Assembly: GCF_001194135.2 (NCBI RefSeq)
Contig: NC_068991.1
Span: 69,245,984-69,309,983 of the forward strand
Length of the DNA: 64,000 bases
DNA from: Octopus bimaculoides
Lineage: Eukaryota
Direction of reading: 5' to 3'
Shown here: positions 53,427 through 64,000 of the stretch, piece by piece
How the letters are laid out: the number at the start of each line of letters is the position of its first letter
Numbering within the stretch: the stretch's first letter is position 1
The notes under the pieces: model-generated
The model's input: the letters and a program-made list of their open reading frames with translations, nothing else
What the model was told of the DNA's origin: nothing
The model's database searches: none
Position numbers and translations under genes: made by a program

Positions 53427-53822
53427 CTTTTTACTTGTTTCAGTTATTTGACTGCGGCCATGCTGGAGCACCGCCTTCAGTCGAGCAAATCGACCCCAGG
53501 ACTTATTCTTTGGAAGCCTAGTACTTATTCTATCGGGTCTCTTTTGCCGAACCGCTATGATACGTGGACGTAAACACACCAGCATCGGTTGTCAAGCGAT
53601 GTTGGAGGGACAAACACAGACATACACACATATACATAAACATACATATATATATACATGTATATGACGGGCTTCTTTCAGTTTCCGTCTTCCAAATCCA
53701 CCCACAAGGCTTTGCTCGGCCTGAGGCTTTAGTAGAAGACACTCGCCCAAGGTGCCACGCAGTGGGAATGAACCCGGAACCATGTGGTTGGTAAGCAAGC
53801 TACTTACCACACAGCCACTCCT
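53427..53822 (-). mobile_element. SINE family A, full length
   Basis: All modules present and close to the 26661 and 61688 copies. Confidence 0.95.
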
Positions 53823-54180
53823 ACACATGTATACATAAACTCACATTTGTGATATATGATATATATACATATATATATACACACACATGCACACGACACA
53901 TACATATATAGATACTCACATATATATGAAAATCTCTCTCATTCTCTCTCTTCGTGTATGGTGAAATGTGTAAAGCATTATACCTGCTCAGTGTCTTCTC
54001 CTAGCGGACTGCTATTTGTTTTTCTAGTTGTCTTGCTTTCCTCGGTAGGAAATGGCGAAAATATATTTTTACTCCATGATAACTGCAATAATGTTCATAT
54101 ATACAGTTAGTTGGAAAGTGTGAGAGAGAGAGAGAGAGAGAGAGAGACCACACACATACACATATGCACACATATTTAAA

Positions 54181-54631
54181 TTTTACTTGTTTCCGTCACT
54201 TGACTGCGGCCATGTTGGAGCACAGCCTTTAGTCGAACACATCGCTAGGACGTAAACTCGCCAACATCTGTTGCCAAGCGATGGTGGAAGGACAAACACA
54301 AACATACACACATACACACACACGCACGCACGCACACACACACACACACATACATATATCTTTTGCCGAACCGCTAAGTTACGGGGACGTGAACACACCA
54401 ATATCGGTTGTCAAGCGATGGAGGAGGGGGGCAAACACAGATACACAAACATACACACACACATATACATACACGACGGATTTCTTTCAGTTTCCGTCTA
54501 CTAATTCCACTCACAAAGCTTTGGACGGCCCAAGGCTATAGTAGAAACACTTGCCCAAAGTGTCATTCAGTGGGACTTAACCCGGGATCATGTGGTTGGC
54601 AAGTAATCTACTTACCACACAGCCACACCTC
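54181..54631 (-). mobile_element. SINE family A, rearranged (internal duplication plus deletion)
   Basis: Two middle-plus-(CA)n modules (about 54245-54360 and 54361-54475) lie between one tail and one head. Confidence 0.85.
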
Positions 54632-57014
54632 TACCTGAATTCTTTCTTCATTCGGATTCACATGGCTTTACATACACTAGCTAACGATTGACAATTACTA
54701 GAATACTAGCGAATTCAACCTTGATGTACACCTGATACTGAAAAGTATAGTTGTAGATATCATAAAAGATAGGATGTCCATCTGTGCAAAAACTTTGATC
54801 TCGAGAATGGTTCACAAAATTAAAAACAAAAACTACAGCTACTACTATTTGCCTTATTACAATGTGTATTATGCAGTATTTCAAGATATGATTCTTCGAA
54901 GTGTAATCAGAGAATTTCTTAACCATTTGCATATTCTAGGAGCTATCCTTCTTTGTCACCAACTAATTACATAATCACCTGCTACGTTTAGTTGATAATT
55001 CTTAGTATTTGATTTTATTTTGTATATTTGACTTCTGATATAGACCAGGCCATGTCAATTGTGTTTTTAATATTCTGCTTGCGCCGAATACGAAAGGTTG
55101 GTCTTTTTTTTATAGTTTTCTTCCGAAGCGTGTCACTTCCCGAGAGTCTATAGGCTGCCTATGCATTACTAATGACAGCCAGTGGGGAACCATCTTAAAT
55201 ACTTAGAAACTGTCAAAGATTCTGTGTCCTGTAACAATATTGTACTACTGGTATTTAACAATGTCTTTTCTATTTAGTAAAGCACCTCTGCGACGCCTTT
55301 TGTAATGTCTGTAGATACAGCTGTATAGCGGTCTAATAGAAAATTACTTCACTTACATATGCATCAATGTGGTGGTTTAAATCTGTAGGATTACGTATCT
55401 GAGATTATTTTATGAATTCTGTGTGACAATGCATTGGCATTTCTTTGTTATTCAGTTTGTTTATATGATGCGCGTGCGTGCAGAATATGCAAGTAGAGTC
55501 TTTAATGTATGAATATTATAATGTTTGTTATGTATGAGTAGTTGAACACATCGATTCTTGTAATACCAGCAGTGATGTTTCTTTTGGATTTTGTCATGTC
55601 AGACGAAATCGAGCATCAGAATATGGATATTTGAAAAGTATTAGTTAAGTCTGATCACAAATGCATTTACCTTATCTACCGTACGCCATTTTTTATATTT
55701 ACTTAAGCTTATTCCACAAAACATTTCAGTTTTAAACTGCTCGTAATTACCAATACAACTTTCAATCTCCAACTCTTTTTCTTTCTTTTCCATTCAGATA
55801 CTATCGCACGCATACAAAAACCAACGCATTCACACATAAATATATATATGTGTACATGTATTTCTTGAACCTATACCTATTGTTATATGTATATAAATAT
55901 GAGTAGAAATTGGCATTTTATGATCTTTCCGTGGATGATAGCTTTAAAATGTTGCTTGTTTCTCATAAACTATCATTTTGTTGTTGAATAGAATTTGACA
56001 TAAACAGTTTTGTGCAGTAAAATTTATTACCTCTTCACGGTCATACAGGGACCTCTAAATAAATTTATATACATACGTACATACACAAGCACACAGATAT
56101 ACGTATATAAACTCATATATGTAAGTATGTAGATAAACACATACATATATACATACCAATACCTATATATATATACGTACGCATGTATATATATGTCGAT
56201 GTATGTATGTATATGTATGCATATGTATATGTTTATATGTGTATATATATATGTACACACATATATATATATATACACATACACGAAAATGTGTGTACGT
56301 ACAATCACAAAAGGTAAAAATAGAAAGAAGACAATTCAAAGTAGATGAGTTTCTCTGAATCTCAATTAACTTCGAAATTACCATAAACTATACAAACAAA
56401 AGCACTTCAATAAGATTTACATTTACGATTCACCTTAAAGCAGGAACGCTATTGATTTTTTCAGGGCAACAGATATGTTCCCCGCGCACTTTCTCTCCCC
56501 CTCTCTCTCTCTCTCTCTCGTTCTATCTCTCTCTCTCTCATTCTCTCTCTCTCTCTGCATATACATAACGTATATANNNNNNNNNNNNNNNNNNNNNNNN
56601 NNNNNNNNNNNNNNNNNNNNNNNNNNNNNNNNNNNNNNNNNNNNNNNNNNNNNNNNNNNNNNNNNNNNNNNNNNNNNNNNNNNNNNNNNNNNNNNNNNNN
56701 NNNNNNNNNNNNNNNNNNNNNNNNNNNNNNNNNNNNNNNNNNNNNNNNNNNNNNNNNNNNNNNNNNNNNNNNNNNNNNNNNNNNNNNNNNNNNNNNNNNN
56801 NNNNNNNNNNNNNNNNNNNNNNNNNNNNNNNNNNNNNNNNNNNNNNNNNNNNNNNNNNNNNNNNNNNNNNNNNNNNNNNNNNNNNNNNNNNNNNNNNNNN
56901 NNNNNNNNNNNNNNNNNNNNNNNNNNNNNNNNNNNNNNNNNNNNNNNNNNNNNNNNNNNNNNNNNNNNNNNNNNNNNNNNNNNNNNNNNNNNNNNNNNNN
57001 NNNNNNNNNNNNNN

Positions 57015-57055
<41 letters not shown>

Positions 57056-57342
57056 TCTATGTATATACTCTTCATTTATCTCTCTGTTTCTCCGTCACAT
57101 GACCGTTCTTTCTGTGTGCGTTGGGTGAAGAAAGGGTACAGAATAGTGAGGCGACTAAACCGAATCCAGTACCATAATGTAAATTTATAATATTTCTAAA
57201 TCCAGGCTAATGAGAAAGTAATTGTAACGTCAATAGATTCGCTAGAAATAACAATGAAATCGCAACCGTCTTCAAAATAAAGGATATGTATGTTATGGTG
57301 GTCGATATAGTTTTTGCGTAAAAGAGAAATGGATTGTCATAA

Positions 57343-57456
57343 GGTGCAGGTGTGGCTGTGTGGGAAGTTACCAACCACATGTTCCTGGGTTCAGTCCCAC
57401 TGCGTGTCACACTGAGCGAGTGTCTTCTACTATAGCCTCGAGCCAACGAAAGCCCT
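57343..57456 (+). mobile_element. SINE family A, 5' head fragment
   Basis: GGTGTGGCTGTGTGGGAAG...GGGTTCAGTCCCACTGCGTG...GTGTCTTCTACTATAGCCTCGAGCC. Confidence 0.85.
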
Positions 57457-57515
57457 TTTATTTAAATGTGTTTTCCCACGGATCCCTTTTAATATGCTTA
57501 TCTTTATGTATATTC

Positions 57516-57734
57516 TTTTATTCTTTTATTTGTTTAGGGTTATTTGACTACGGTCATGCTGGAGCACCACCTTTACTACAGCAAATCGACCTGAGAACCT
57601 ATTCTTTGTAAGCGTAGCACTTATTCAACCGGGCTCTTGTGCTGAACCGCAACGATACGGGGACCTAAACACACCAACATCGTTTGTCAATCGACGGTGG
57701 ATGGAAAAACAAAGACACAGACACACACACGCAT

Positions 57735-57775
<41 letters not shown>

Positions 57776-57780
57776 GACAT
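57516..57780 (-). mobile_element. SINE family A, 3' half
   Basis: TATTTGACTACGGTCATGCTGGAGCACC...GGGGACCTAAACACACCAACATCG, followed by (CA)n. Confidence 0.85.
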
Positions 57781-58639
57781 ATATGGTCGCTCATCTTTGT
57801 TCCACTTCCTCCCTCTACCACTCCTCATTGCTCACATGTGACCGTTGGTCATTCTTCCTTTCTCACCCCAGCCATCATAAAGGTCACCTGCCTTATCTTC
57901 GAAACGCCTAGTTTTAGAATAGAGGCAGCTGATGAAGGAATAATTCCATAAGTGGCTTGTATATTTTCCTATGTGTTCGTTCTGTTATCTGTAAACAAAG
58001 TCCGTTTTGTTTTTATGTCCCCGTTTATTTTTCTAACGTCCTGTACCCGGATATGCATCTATATATACATGTAGATGTAGGTATGTACATATATGTATGT
58101 ATACATGCATATGCTCATATATCATTTGTATTATATATATATATATNNNNNNNNNNNNNNNNNNNNNNNNNNNNNNNNNNNNNNNNNNNNNNNNNNNNNN
58201 NNNNNNNNNNNNNNNNNNNNNNNNNNNNNNNNNNNNNNNNNNNNNNNNNNNNNNNNNNNNNNNNNNNNNNNNNNNNNNNNNNNNNNNNNNNNNNNNNNNN
58301 NNNNNNNNNNNNNNNNNNNNNNNNNNNNNNNNNNNNNNNNNNNNNNNNNNNNNNNNNNNNNNNNNNNNNNNNNNNNNNNNNNNNNNNNNNNNNNNNNNNN
58401 NNNNNNNNNNNNNNNNNNNNNNNNNNNNNNNNNNNNNNNNNNNNNNNNNNNNNNNNNNNNNNNNNNNNNNNNNNNNNNNNNNNNNNNNNNNNNNNNATGA
58501 AATTTTGAATTTAGTTCATGGACCCCAGTTCTATCTTTGCATACCACCAGTTTGGGAATCAACCTCGACAGAATTTGATCTTAGAACATAAAGATTTTGA
58601 GTTCTGCCTACTAACCACCTAAATACTATTACTATTTAT

Positions 58640-59025
58640 ATTTGTTTCTTTATTACCCACAAGGGGCTAAACATAGAGAGGACAAACAAAGGGATTAAGT
58701 CGATTACATCAAACCCAACGTGTAACTGGTACTTATTTAATCAACCCCGAAAAGATGAAAGGTGGAATTTGAACTCAGAACATAACGGTAGACGAAATAC
58801 CGTTAAGCATTTCGCATATTCTACTCTAAGCACAAGGCCCGAAAATTTTTTGGGACGGGGCCAGTCGATTAAATCGACCCCAGTACGCAACTGATACTTA
58901 ATTTATCGACCCCAAAAAGTTGAAAGTTGAAACCTCGGCGGAATTTGAACTCAGAACATAAAGGCACACAAAATATCGTTAAGTATTTCGCCGGCGTGCT
59001 AATGATTCTGCCAGTTCGCCTCTTT
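58640..59025 (-). mobile_element. Two tandem SINE family B copies with different tails (58640-58816 type 1; 58817-59025 type 2)
   Basis: Both share AGTCGATTA.ATC.ACCC...CTG.TACTTA.TT.ATC.ACCCC.AAA...GGAATTTGAACTCAGAACATAA; their tails differ completely. Confidence 0.85.
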
Positions 59026-59908
59026 GCATTTGTATTGTTAGCAAACAATTTATAGCGATAACCATTGTAAGTTCATTTACTCGGACGTTTGATATTTCAG
59101 AAAGAGTACCCAAACACCCCCGAATACACTTCCAAAATTACAATGAGAAGATAATCTACAATGAAGTCGCTGACATACAAAGTGACAGGATGGTCGTAAA
59201 TAAAATGCTTCAGTTATTTCAATGTAGACTAGCTTGAAACAAAACATTTATGAAGTTAGTTGGTTTCAAGACATCATGGTTGCCACTGCAGCAGTGTATC
59301 CTAATATCTCAGGATTTGGTTTTGTATCTTTGGTATTGTAGAATGATCTGGTTGTGTGTTTGCACCGAGCATGTTGATTCGTTCGTTGGTTTGACTGGTT
59401 GAGCTGAAGAATATAAGGAAAGAAATGTATAAAAACATATATTGTTGAAGCGAGAATTGCTTGGAAGTATATTTGTCTTAATAATTTTTCTATTATGCCA
59501 TCTATAAACATCTTAGATAAATATATAGTGAGTTCCCTTTTCAATACGGATGCACGAACACGTACAGACAAGAAGGCAGAAACGAACGCATTACCAAAGA
59601 TATAGACAACCGGACACGTAGAGTTACTACGATATATATATATACAAACATGTGTGTGTGTTTGTGCGAGTGTACGTACGTGTGTGCGTGTGAGTGTGTA
59701 CATACGTCTAGGGAAGGGCGCAAATGAGGGGTTTGTTATTGCAAAAATTATTACAGACCTTACAGCCATATGCACGTACGCCCTTAACAATGTATATGCA
59801 GCCATGCTGAAGCACACGAAATCTCATACACAATTTACTTGTGTGTATGCATACGTGTGTGCGTATTCGTGTACGAGCGTGGGAAAGGCCTAAATGTGTT
59901 TAAATATT

Positions 59909-59968
<60 letters not shown>

Positions 59969-60077
59969 TATTTTATATCAGAATGATGTTTAAATATTCA
60001 GCGATGAGTGCGTTTTATTGTTCCTGGCAAAACGCAGACACACTGACACACAAAGACACATACATACGCACTCACGG

Positions 60078-60110
<33 letters not shown>

Positions 60111-60795
60111 TACACACACACGTACATATATATATATATGCTGAAATATAAAAGAAGAATGGGAACGTGAAAGAAAAAACAACGTAAATTCAAATAAACA
60201 TGCAAAAAGACAAAAGAAATGGCAATAACTTAGATAATATAGGAATTCTTCGATCAATAATTCTGATAAATGAAGAACTGTCGTCAGAGGTGTACGTGTG
60301 TGTTTGTGTATGTGTGTGTGTGAACGCGCACATACATATGCATATATATACATATATATAAGTGGCCTCCTTTATATATATTTTTATATATACATATATA
60401 TATAGAGAGAGATAGATGTATATATATATATATATACATATATATAAGTGGCCTCCNNNNNNNNNNNNNNNNNNNNNNNNNNNNNNNNNNNNNNNNNNNN
60501 NNNNNNNNNNNNNNNNNNNNNNNNNNNNNNNNNNNNNNNNNNNNNNNNNNNNNNNNNNNNNNNNNNNNNNNNNNNNNNNNNNNNNNNNNNNNNNNNNNNN
60601 NNNNNNNNNNNNNNNNNNNNNNNNNNNNNNNNNNNNNNNNNNNNNNNNNNNNNNNNNNNNNNNNNNNNNNNNNNNNNNNNNNNNNNNNNNNNNNNNNNNN
60701 NNNNNNNNNNNNNNNNNNNNNNNNNNNNNNNNNNNNNNNNNNNNNNNNNNNNNNNNNNNNNNNNNNNNNNNNNNNNNNNNNNNNNNNNNNNNNNN

Positions 60796-60830
<35 letters not shown>

Positions 60831-61687
60831 CATACATATATAAAAAAAACAATTATTATTCATATGCAATCTTCTTTCTATAACAAATCAGTTAAAGAAA
60901 ATACGAAAATAACATAGTATTAAAAACAAACCTATTGGCAGAAACATTAAGCTACTTAATGTTAACTGGAATGCAAGCTGGAAATGCTATGTAATATAAT
61001 TGTTTTCGGGAAAAATATACCGATTCTCTGTTTTCTTGTAGACATTTTTGTTTCTATCCTTCACCATCTATTAACGAGTCTCCCTCTATCCATGTCACTT
61101 CGTGTCTGCCTCTGTGTGTGTCTTTGCCGTAATATATTATTCCCCTTTACTATTCTCTATTATTATGAATGCAGCTGTTGACATTGCATAATATAAATTA
61201 TAATATATATAAATACACATATATAATATATTTATATGTATTTCTACACACATGCGCGTGTACAGACGTACATATATGCAGGTACAACAGAGACAGTACT
61301 CAACACACGCTGTGGAGTATATTCTGATACAATGAAGAAGATGCGTCTTTGCCATCTATCACCATCCATGGTACCTCCCTTGCTTGAAATTTCTGAGGCA
61401 AATATAGATTAATGCCGATTGGATCCTGAAATTTTGAAGCGAGGGAGTAGGTATGAGTATCAATAAATTAAATCACCGTTGATATATATATTCAGTACTA
61501 TTTACCGTGATTGTGTAACGCAGATATCTGCGTGTGCAAACACACACACAAATTCCATATTATTTTATATATGTGTGCAATTTTTGAGTATGTATGAGCA
61601 TGCCAAATGGTTTACTTGTTTATGTTTAGCATTAGTAACATTTTCTGCGCCATTTCTTCGCCGTTTTTTCGTCATGATAGGCAATAC

Positions 61688-62085
61688 TCTTTTACTCTGT
61701 TGTTTTAGTCATTTGACTGTGGCCATGCCGGTGCACCGCCTTTAGTCGTGCAAGTCGACCCTAGTACTTATTCTTTGTAAGCCTAGTACTTATTCTATCG
61801 GTCTCTTTTGCCGAACCGCTAAGTTAAGGGGGAACTAAACACACCACCATCGGTTGTCAAGCGATGTTGGGGGACAAACAGAGACACACAAACATATACA
61901 CACACATATACATATATATACATATATACGACAGGGTTCTTTCAGTTTCCGTCTACCAAATCCACTCACAAGGCTTTGGTCGGCCCGAGGCTATAGAATA
62001 AGACATTGCCCAAGGTGCCACGCAGTGGGACTGAACCCGGAACCATGTAGTTCATAAGCAAGCTACCTACCAAACAGCCACTCCT
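61688..62085 (-). mobile_element. SINE family A, full length
   Basis: All modules present. Confidence 0.95.
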
Positions 62086-62951
62086 ACACCTATAAATGAT
62101 AATAATTTTTTGTTTAATAACAGTGTTTCTGAATTTGTCATCCTTTGTCTACGTGGCGAAAATTTCTAAGATGGCAACACGTTTTCCTGCACCAAATTAT
62201 CCTCTTTCCTTAAAGCCTAGCAGATACGCTCACTGAATGGGTCCCTACAAAGATAATGATGGGAATGTAATCTGTCTCTAAATTCGAAATACTGAGTGCA
62301 CATAAATATTTCAACTCCATGGCCCTACTTGTAGCTAGTTTTAAAGCCTACAGTAACGGCTAGTACAATTTGTTTCAGAAGTCATACAAAGACAGAAGTA
62401 TCAGATATCAGACTTTCGCTTTCATAACAAACGAGCTTACTTCAGCATGTCATATCGCGTTTCAATCGAATTAGAGACTTATATGTGTTGACACAGCACT
62501 AAACTCTCAGCAAGGGATTAATTTTAGTATAAAGGGGAACTCAGCTTAGTAGATTTTACATAGCTTTTGGTAGGTTTCACGGCGAGTTACAATCCATATA
62601 TTTATGTATATTATCAGTACTTGACGGAATCTCAGTTTCCCAACAATTGCAAACTTTGAAACCATTCTAAGAGTATTAAAATTATTTAAATTGTTTTTAG
62701 TTTGGATATCTATTTTATCATGTTGAAAAAAACATGGAAAATGCGTTAGTCCAAGAGGATTGCAGATGTACGATGTGGGGGAATATTCGGCATATATTTT
62801 AGTTAAGGAACGGGTGAGTTAGTTATACACAAAAGGTGAACAACGGAAGTATATGCAACCAATTTTTTTTTCAGATGGTGAATGGCATCTAGAGATATTG
62901 CATAAGACAATGGTATTTCCAACAGGTAAAGATAATAGAAATAAATGCGCC

Positions 62952-63065
62952 CTTTTAAAGCCTAGACAGGCTCATGGGCCCGGTTTCCCGGTTTCAATGG
63001 CGTATGTGTTTCCCAGCTGGACCGGACGCCAGTCCATCGCAGCGTTACTCATTTTTGCCAGCTAA
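62952..63065 (-). mobile_element. SINE family C, 3' part with a different tail
   Basis: Reverse complement CTTAGCTGGCAAAAATGAGTAACGC matches CTCAGCTGGCAAAAAATGAGTA of the 21039 copy, then continues into a different tail. Confidence 0.65.
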
Positions 63066-63584
63066 GTTTGTTTGTTTTTTCTATATATACCCGCTTTCTC
63101 TATTTATAATACGTTCCTCCATTTTCTATATGACTCCATTCTTTAGCATTATACCCGATGACAATATACATCCTATGATACTGTTTTATACTCATCGCAC
63201 ACTCCACTTTGTTTTACATAAATTATACTCCTCTATTATCACAATTTCTAACACAAGTATACACAAATATTCTTTGTTTCGTATATAACTTATCCGCACG
63301 TCTATCATATTTATTTGTATTCCTGAGTTTTTTCCTCTGTATCCCATAAACCCGTTATTTCTATACACTTTATGTGCATTTTTCGTGTATTTCTATATTA
63401 TTTGTACTTTTGTTCCCTAACATAGAACCATTACTGTTTCTTTGTTTTGTCCTTAATATGCCCTGCAATATGTTTTTATATGCAACACAATCTTATATTT
63501 TGCTAACACCATGTACTCCAGTTACGGAGATGTACTTGCATAGCAAGTGACCTGATCTGAGATCGTGTGCTGGAACGAAAACAA

Positions 63585-63820
63585 TTGCAGCGTGGAAGGT
63601 GTTTATAAGCCATTTAAGAAACACACAAAAACCGTTAGATTCACTTCAACATTTAAATTTAATTTGCCAAAATAGTTTCGTCGTCTTGAGACCGCGACCT
63701 GTTCACTGACAACATTCCCGCGGTCCCAAAGCGACGAAAATATTTTGGCAAATTAACTTTAAATGTTGAAGTGAATCTAACGGTTTCTTAAATGGCTTAT
63801 AAACACCTTCCACGCTGCAA
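63585..63820. repeat. Long inverted repeat (fold-back): arms 63585-63696 and 63719-63820, 22-nt spacer; probable Penelope-like terminus
   Basis: TTGCAGCGTGGAAGGTGTTTATAAGCCATTTAAGAAA...CCGTTAGATTCACTTCAACATTTAAA...GACCGCG is the reverse complement of the right arm, apart from a ~10-nt indel and a few substitutions. Confidence 0.95.
63664..63712 (-). ncRNA. Minimal type-I hammerhead-like motif with G3-C8 swapped core
   Basis: Minus strand reads UUGUCA GUGAACA G GUCG cggucucaaga CGAC GAAA CUAU U U UGGCAA. Stem I is 6 bp (one G-U), stem II is 4 bp, GAAA and UH are present, and the core is G3-U-G-A-A-C8-A9. Confidence 0.65.
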
Positions 63821-63918
63821 ATGTAATCCAGTATGTTCTACAAAAACTCAATTCCTGTCTTTAATATGCCTTAAAACATATAACAGGACACTTATACTAA
63901 GTTAAAGTTAGTTACGCC

Positions 63919-64000
63919 CAGGGGCGTAGCTAGGTTGAGGCAAGCAGGACACATACCCTAGGAGTCGTCACTTTGAGAGCGGCGCAATTTTGACTAAAAT
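63919..64000 (+). mobile_element. Possible 5' terminus of a hAT-type DNA transposon or MITE (truncated by the window end)
   Basis: Starts CAGGGGCGTAGCTAGG, resembling hAT-type TIRs, with a sharp rise in GC; the partner TIR is not in the window. Confidence 0.35.

Noticed and set aside
59266-59403. Strong-looking minus-strand splice acceptor at 59404
   Set aside because: All frames close within 46 codons, there is no donor and no homology is recognised.
60341-60456. Short duplication of TATATACATATATATAAGTGGCCTCC beside a gap
   Set aside because: Low-complexity, gap-edge duplication; most likely an assembly artefact.
61250-61420. VPWMVIDGK, resembling a GILT/thioredoxin-fold motif, minus strand
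   Set aside because: Single short motif with no flanking similarity and weak splice signals.

Overview
Eukaryotic, AT-rich, repeat-dense non-coding DNA from a short-read draft assembly. About 25 N-gaps cover roughly 10-11 kb, and nearly all are flanked by (TA)n, (CA)n or trinucleotide arrays. The SINE families look like those of coleoid cephalopods (Octopus-like; recalled resemblance, not searched). No host protein-coding exon, tRNA/rRNA gene or CRISPR array can be supported, and almost all listed ORFs are microsatellite or N-gap artefacts. The window holds about 30 copies of three tRNA-derived SINE groups and three decayed RTE LINE pieces, one near full length (45867-48850). It also holds a 5'-truncated R4/Dong-type RLE retrotransposon inside a (TAA)n array and a decayed CRE-like RLE 3' end. 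The most interesting signal, folded by eye, is a set of minimal type-I hammerhead-ribozyme motifs of the kind carried by Penelope-like elements. One has a complete canonical core (29432-29492, minus strand). One has a G3-C8 swapped core inside a 236-bp fold-back (63664-63712, minus strand). Several more are decayed. One SINE also shares its 3' terminus with an RTE LINE in the same window.
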